Below are positions 61,901-64,000 of a stretch of 64,000 bases of DNA, piece by piece (position 1 is the first letter of the stretch; the number at the start of each line of letters is the position of its first letter). This DNA is from Heteronotia binoei (lineage: Eukaryota). The notes under the pieces are model-generated. The model did not search any database. It was not told the DNA's origin and saw only the letters and a list, made by a program, of their open reading frames with translations. Made by a program: the position numbers and the translations under genes. Location: the NCBI RefSeq assembly GCF_032191835.1, contig NC_083229.1:46500001-46564000 (forward strand), given 5' to 3'.

Positions 61901-62404
61901 GCAAGCCAGGTCCATGTTCTGCCGTAGCAGGAACTCCCTAAGGGTTGCGGTCTTATTATTTATGGACCTGGCATTACATAACACCAATGACAGAGGCGAG
62001 CATTTCCTCTTGGTCCCACTACCTGCTACCATTGGGATGGGAAGTAGACTGGAAGGTGGCCGAGCGCCATTTTGTCTCTGTCTCCTTCCCTTATATTTCT
62101 GTCTATTCCCACCGTCATATCTTCCCCTCCCCAGGAGCACTGGAATCTCCTGGCCGAGCATCTGCACCAACCCAAGATGAACCCAAGGTAAACTCGCCGG
62201 TATCACTCCCCGATTTGTTTGCACCTGCCGTTCAATTTACCCTCCTCACCATAGCCCCTCCGGTTCCCGGCTAGTAAACCCACTACTCATGTCTTAAATT
62301 AATTAATTTAGTTAACCCTCCCAATCTACCTTACAACCAATTAGTTTGAATTCATATGCATTCATTAGTTCCTAAACTTATTAATAAATAATCCCTCCCA
62401 CCCC
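58964..62404 (-). mobile_element. L2-clade LINE, 3441 bp, 5'-truncated upstream of ORF2
   Basis: 15-bp TSD AATGTTTTGCTAATA at 58949-58963 and 62405-62419; A-rich (AAAT-like) tail; CpG-rich body. Confidence 0.93.
59186..62224 (-). CDS. L2 ORF2: APE endonuclease + reverse transcriptase, uninterrupted (~1012 codons)
   Basis: EN motifs CNARSI, VTETW, GGGVAL, VYRPP, LGDFNVH, GHTLDLIF, WSDH; RT motifs YRPVSNL, QSGFR, LDLSAAFDTVDH, GVPQGAVLSP, YADD; L2-type C-terminus RAFSIAAPTLWNRLP; the track start is GTG, first in-frame ATG is codon 22. Confidence 0.95.
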   Translation of the reverse strand: MQTNRGVIPASLPWVHLGLVQMLGQEIPVLLGRGRYDGGNRQKYKGRRQRQNGARPPSSLLPIPMVAGSGTKRKCSPLSLVLCNARSINNKTATLREFLLRQNMDLACVTETWVRDGETVALSQMSPPGYSVFHQSRMSGRGGGVALLIREDYSFRALPDPKIDGIECTGLAWDVGEGLAVWLVYRPPNAPANALPSLLEAVAGWALEYPRLMVLGDFNVHADDTASIQAMDLVSSMATLGLSQFVTTPTHQAGHTLDLIFAAGILVNDIAVEAVPWSDHLALKARVGMPPQPCMGGEPILARPRGLMDPERFQTALRDPWPTGNSLDDLVEIWQGQLSRAIDEIAPRRPLRPRMKLAPWYTLELRQLKQGLRRLERQWRHTRDEATRTSYRTFMKSYEMAVKAAKKDYFATKIASANSRPAQLFRIIGDLTTLPQGKPNVRELEIGCEAFAKYFADKISLLRQDLPTTLDTVSEIEAPCLSSGLVLDHFDPLSLEEVDRVLSAARPTTCDLDPCPSWLIKSCQGELRCPLRDIINRSLLEGHFPTPLKEALVRPLLKKVTADPAELANYRPVSNLPFLGKIIERAVAQQLQGFLDDASVLDPCQSGFRPGHGTETVLVALVDDLQRQLDRGGVAVLMLLDLSAAFDTVDHRLLTRRLADIGVEGSALQWLSSFLLGRGQRVAIGSERSRRRTLDCGVPQGAVLSPMLFNIYMRPLAQIARRFGLGCHQYADDTQLYLLMDGWPDSAPGNLDRALQAVATWLRLSGLKLNPAKTEVLCVGRGALGREIALPTFDGAPLKAARQVKSLGVLLEPSLSMEAQIAATAKSAFFHLKRARQLAPFLERRDLATVNHATVTSRLDYCNALYLGLPLCRTRRLQLVQNAAARLLLGLPKREHIQPGLRGLHWLPIIYRVQYKVLVVTFKALYGRGPVYLRDRLSPYEPQRALRSTGKNLMTVPGPKEIKYQSTRARAFSIAAPTLWNRLPEEVRALRNLEQFRRACKTTLFKLAYSDC

Positions 62405-63700
62405 AATGTTTTGCTAATAGTGTCACTGTATGTAATTGATGTCTGGGAGTTATTTAATTTATAAACTTTTCTTGTTTTTCTTACTCAGCATGTATAGCCT
62501 TTTAAATGTGTTGACTTGTGGACAGATACCACTGATCTGAGGAAGAATAAAATCTCAATTGTCGCATTTATGTCAAAGTAACATAATCACAAGGTGACAT
62601 CTCTCCCCCCCATATCTTTCAAATAGTGAATGGGATGAGATATGGAGTACTTACTATGGAATGCTTCACCTGTTGTATGGCAGCAAATATATTTTCACCA
62701 CCATGTGTAACATGGTGGGGAGTTATGGATAACATACTGCTATAATGCTAATATTGAAATATGCATCTGTTGTGTGCATGATTACCTTTGACATGTGCAC
62801 ATTATAATTATAGGTTTAGGATTGCAATCAGAATGTTTGTGCTTGTAGCTAAATGCAGTTTTTATGAATGTGATGACTGCTTACAATAACTGATAGACAT
62901 GTGGAAATTGCTCTGTAACTAGCCATGTGTCTTTCAGTTGATGGGCTGATCTGGCTCCTGGCCAGGATTCCAAAGGTGGAGTGAATGAAGTGGTAGAGAC
63001 ATTACAAGTGGGGATAGGATTTTTGACACTAAACTCCATTCTCATTCTTTTCCTTGACCTTTCTGAGCCCAGCCAAGATGCTAACAAGGGAGGGAATTAA
63101 CAAGGCAAGAGACTTTTCAGCTGTTTGCTCGATACTCTGGTCTCAGCTTTCTTCCAGGACATACAGAGCCACATACAAAAGCCAGAAATTGATTTCTTAA
63201 CTGCTGATAATTTTGATGTTCCTGCTCTAAAACTGTTCACTTAGCAAGAAAGCAGTGCGCTAATAGCAAATTTCCAGAAGTAAATGAAGCTGATTTTTTT
63301 TGTGTTTATGTCTTTCTATTTTAGCTGTTTTGGGTGTGAGATTTTTTTTGTTCATTTTAATGGTTTTAAAATGTGATTTTTATAATATGTGTTTTAATTT
63401 GTTAGCTGCCATTATGGCCCTTGTGATGACAGAAAGTGTATAGACTAAATAGCACTATTATTCATGTTGTAATGGAATTCAAGAAAAAAGACACTTTACT
63501 GAGACCAGTTATGTTGGCCAGACACCAGTCTCTCAGATGCAGGCCACCAAGAAGGAACCAGTTTCTAGGGCCCTTGGCACTCTTGGGATCCATAGAGCTG
63601 GGCAAGTCATTTGACTTGTTTTAATATAACAGGATGCAACTTGGGAAATCCTGCATGCAAAAGTACGCATGCCTCCACTGAACTATGGACCTTCTAGAAC

Positions 63701-64000
63701 TAGGCTTCCCAATCCCCAGGTCCCAGCAGGGGATCCCCCGTTTTTACAGGCTTCCCCCGCCCCCAGCCAGCTGGCCGGCGGGGGAAGTCCCACCACCTAC
63801 AGTCACCATGTAGTTTTAGAGCTCCTGCACGTCCGTTTTTAAAATATGTGCCTTTAAGGCTGAGCAGGGAGCAAGAAGCAGGAAACAGAAAGGACTTCAG
63901 AGAATGGCCCCTCCCTTTGTTTTGCTTTTGTTTTCAGATCAAGTAACGTTCTGCAGGAACAAGACCCAGTAAGTATTTGTGTGTGTGAGAGAGGGAGGGG
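63701..64000 (+). mobile_element. hAT element (TAGGCTT-TIR family), cut by the window end
   Basis: TAGGCTTCCCAATCCCCAGGTCCCAGC start as in the 9572 and 51373 copies. Confidence 0.7.

Noticed and set aside
59665-62274. Multiple plus-strand and alternative-frame ORFs overlapping the L2
   Set aside because: Shadow ORFs of a GC-rich coding sequence; no independent motifs

Overview
Vertebrate genomic DNA, most likely from a squamate and probably a gecko. That assignment is inferred from the SINE/LINE repertoire: Squam3-like, Sauria-like and 5S-derived SINEs plus CR1, L2 and Penelope elements. The only host gene I can support is the 5' half of a carbonic anhydrase 3 (CA3)-like gene on the minus strand. 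It has coding exons 1-3 (37, 198 and 119 bp, canonical GT/AG), a CpG-island/TATA promoter near 19.9-20.0 kb and a 14.3-kb, repeat-filled intron 2; exons 4-7 must lie left of the window. The ~44 kb upstream is repeat-dominated. The most notable structure is a 7.4-kb class II (betaretrovirus-like) endogenous provirus at 40968-48352 (-), largely missed by the ORF track. It has paired TG...CA LTRs, a 6-bp TSD, a tRNA-Lys3-type PBS, a PPT, a Gag matrix remnant, an integrase remnant, three ~50-bp tandem duplications and nested SINE/CR1 insertions. Also present: an L2 LINE with an uninterrupted EN+RT ORF2 and a 15-bp TSD whose 3' tail matches the local Squam3-like SINEs; a 5'-inverted LINE insertion with a 13-bp TSD; hAT MITEs with 8-bp TSDs; minimal hammerhead-ribozyme motifs from Penelope-type elements; and several fold-back hairpins. 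All alignments and family names were made by eye; no database searches were run.
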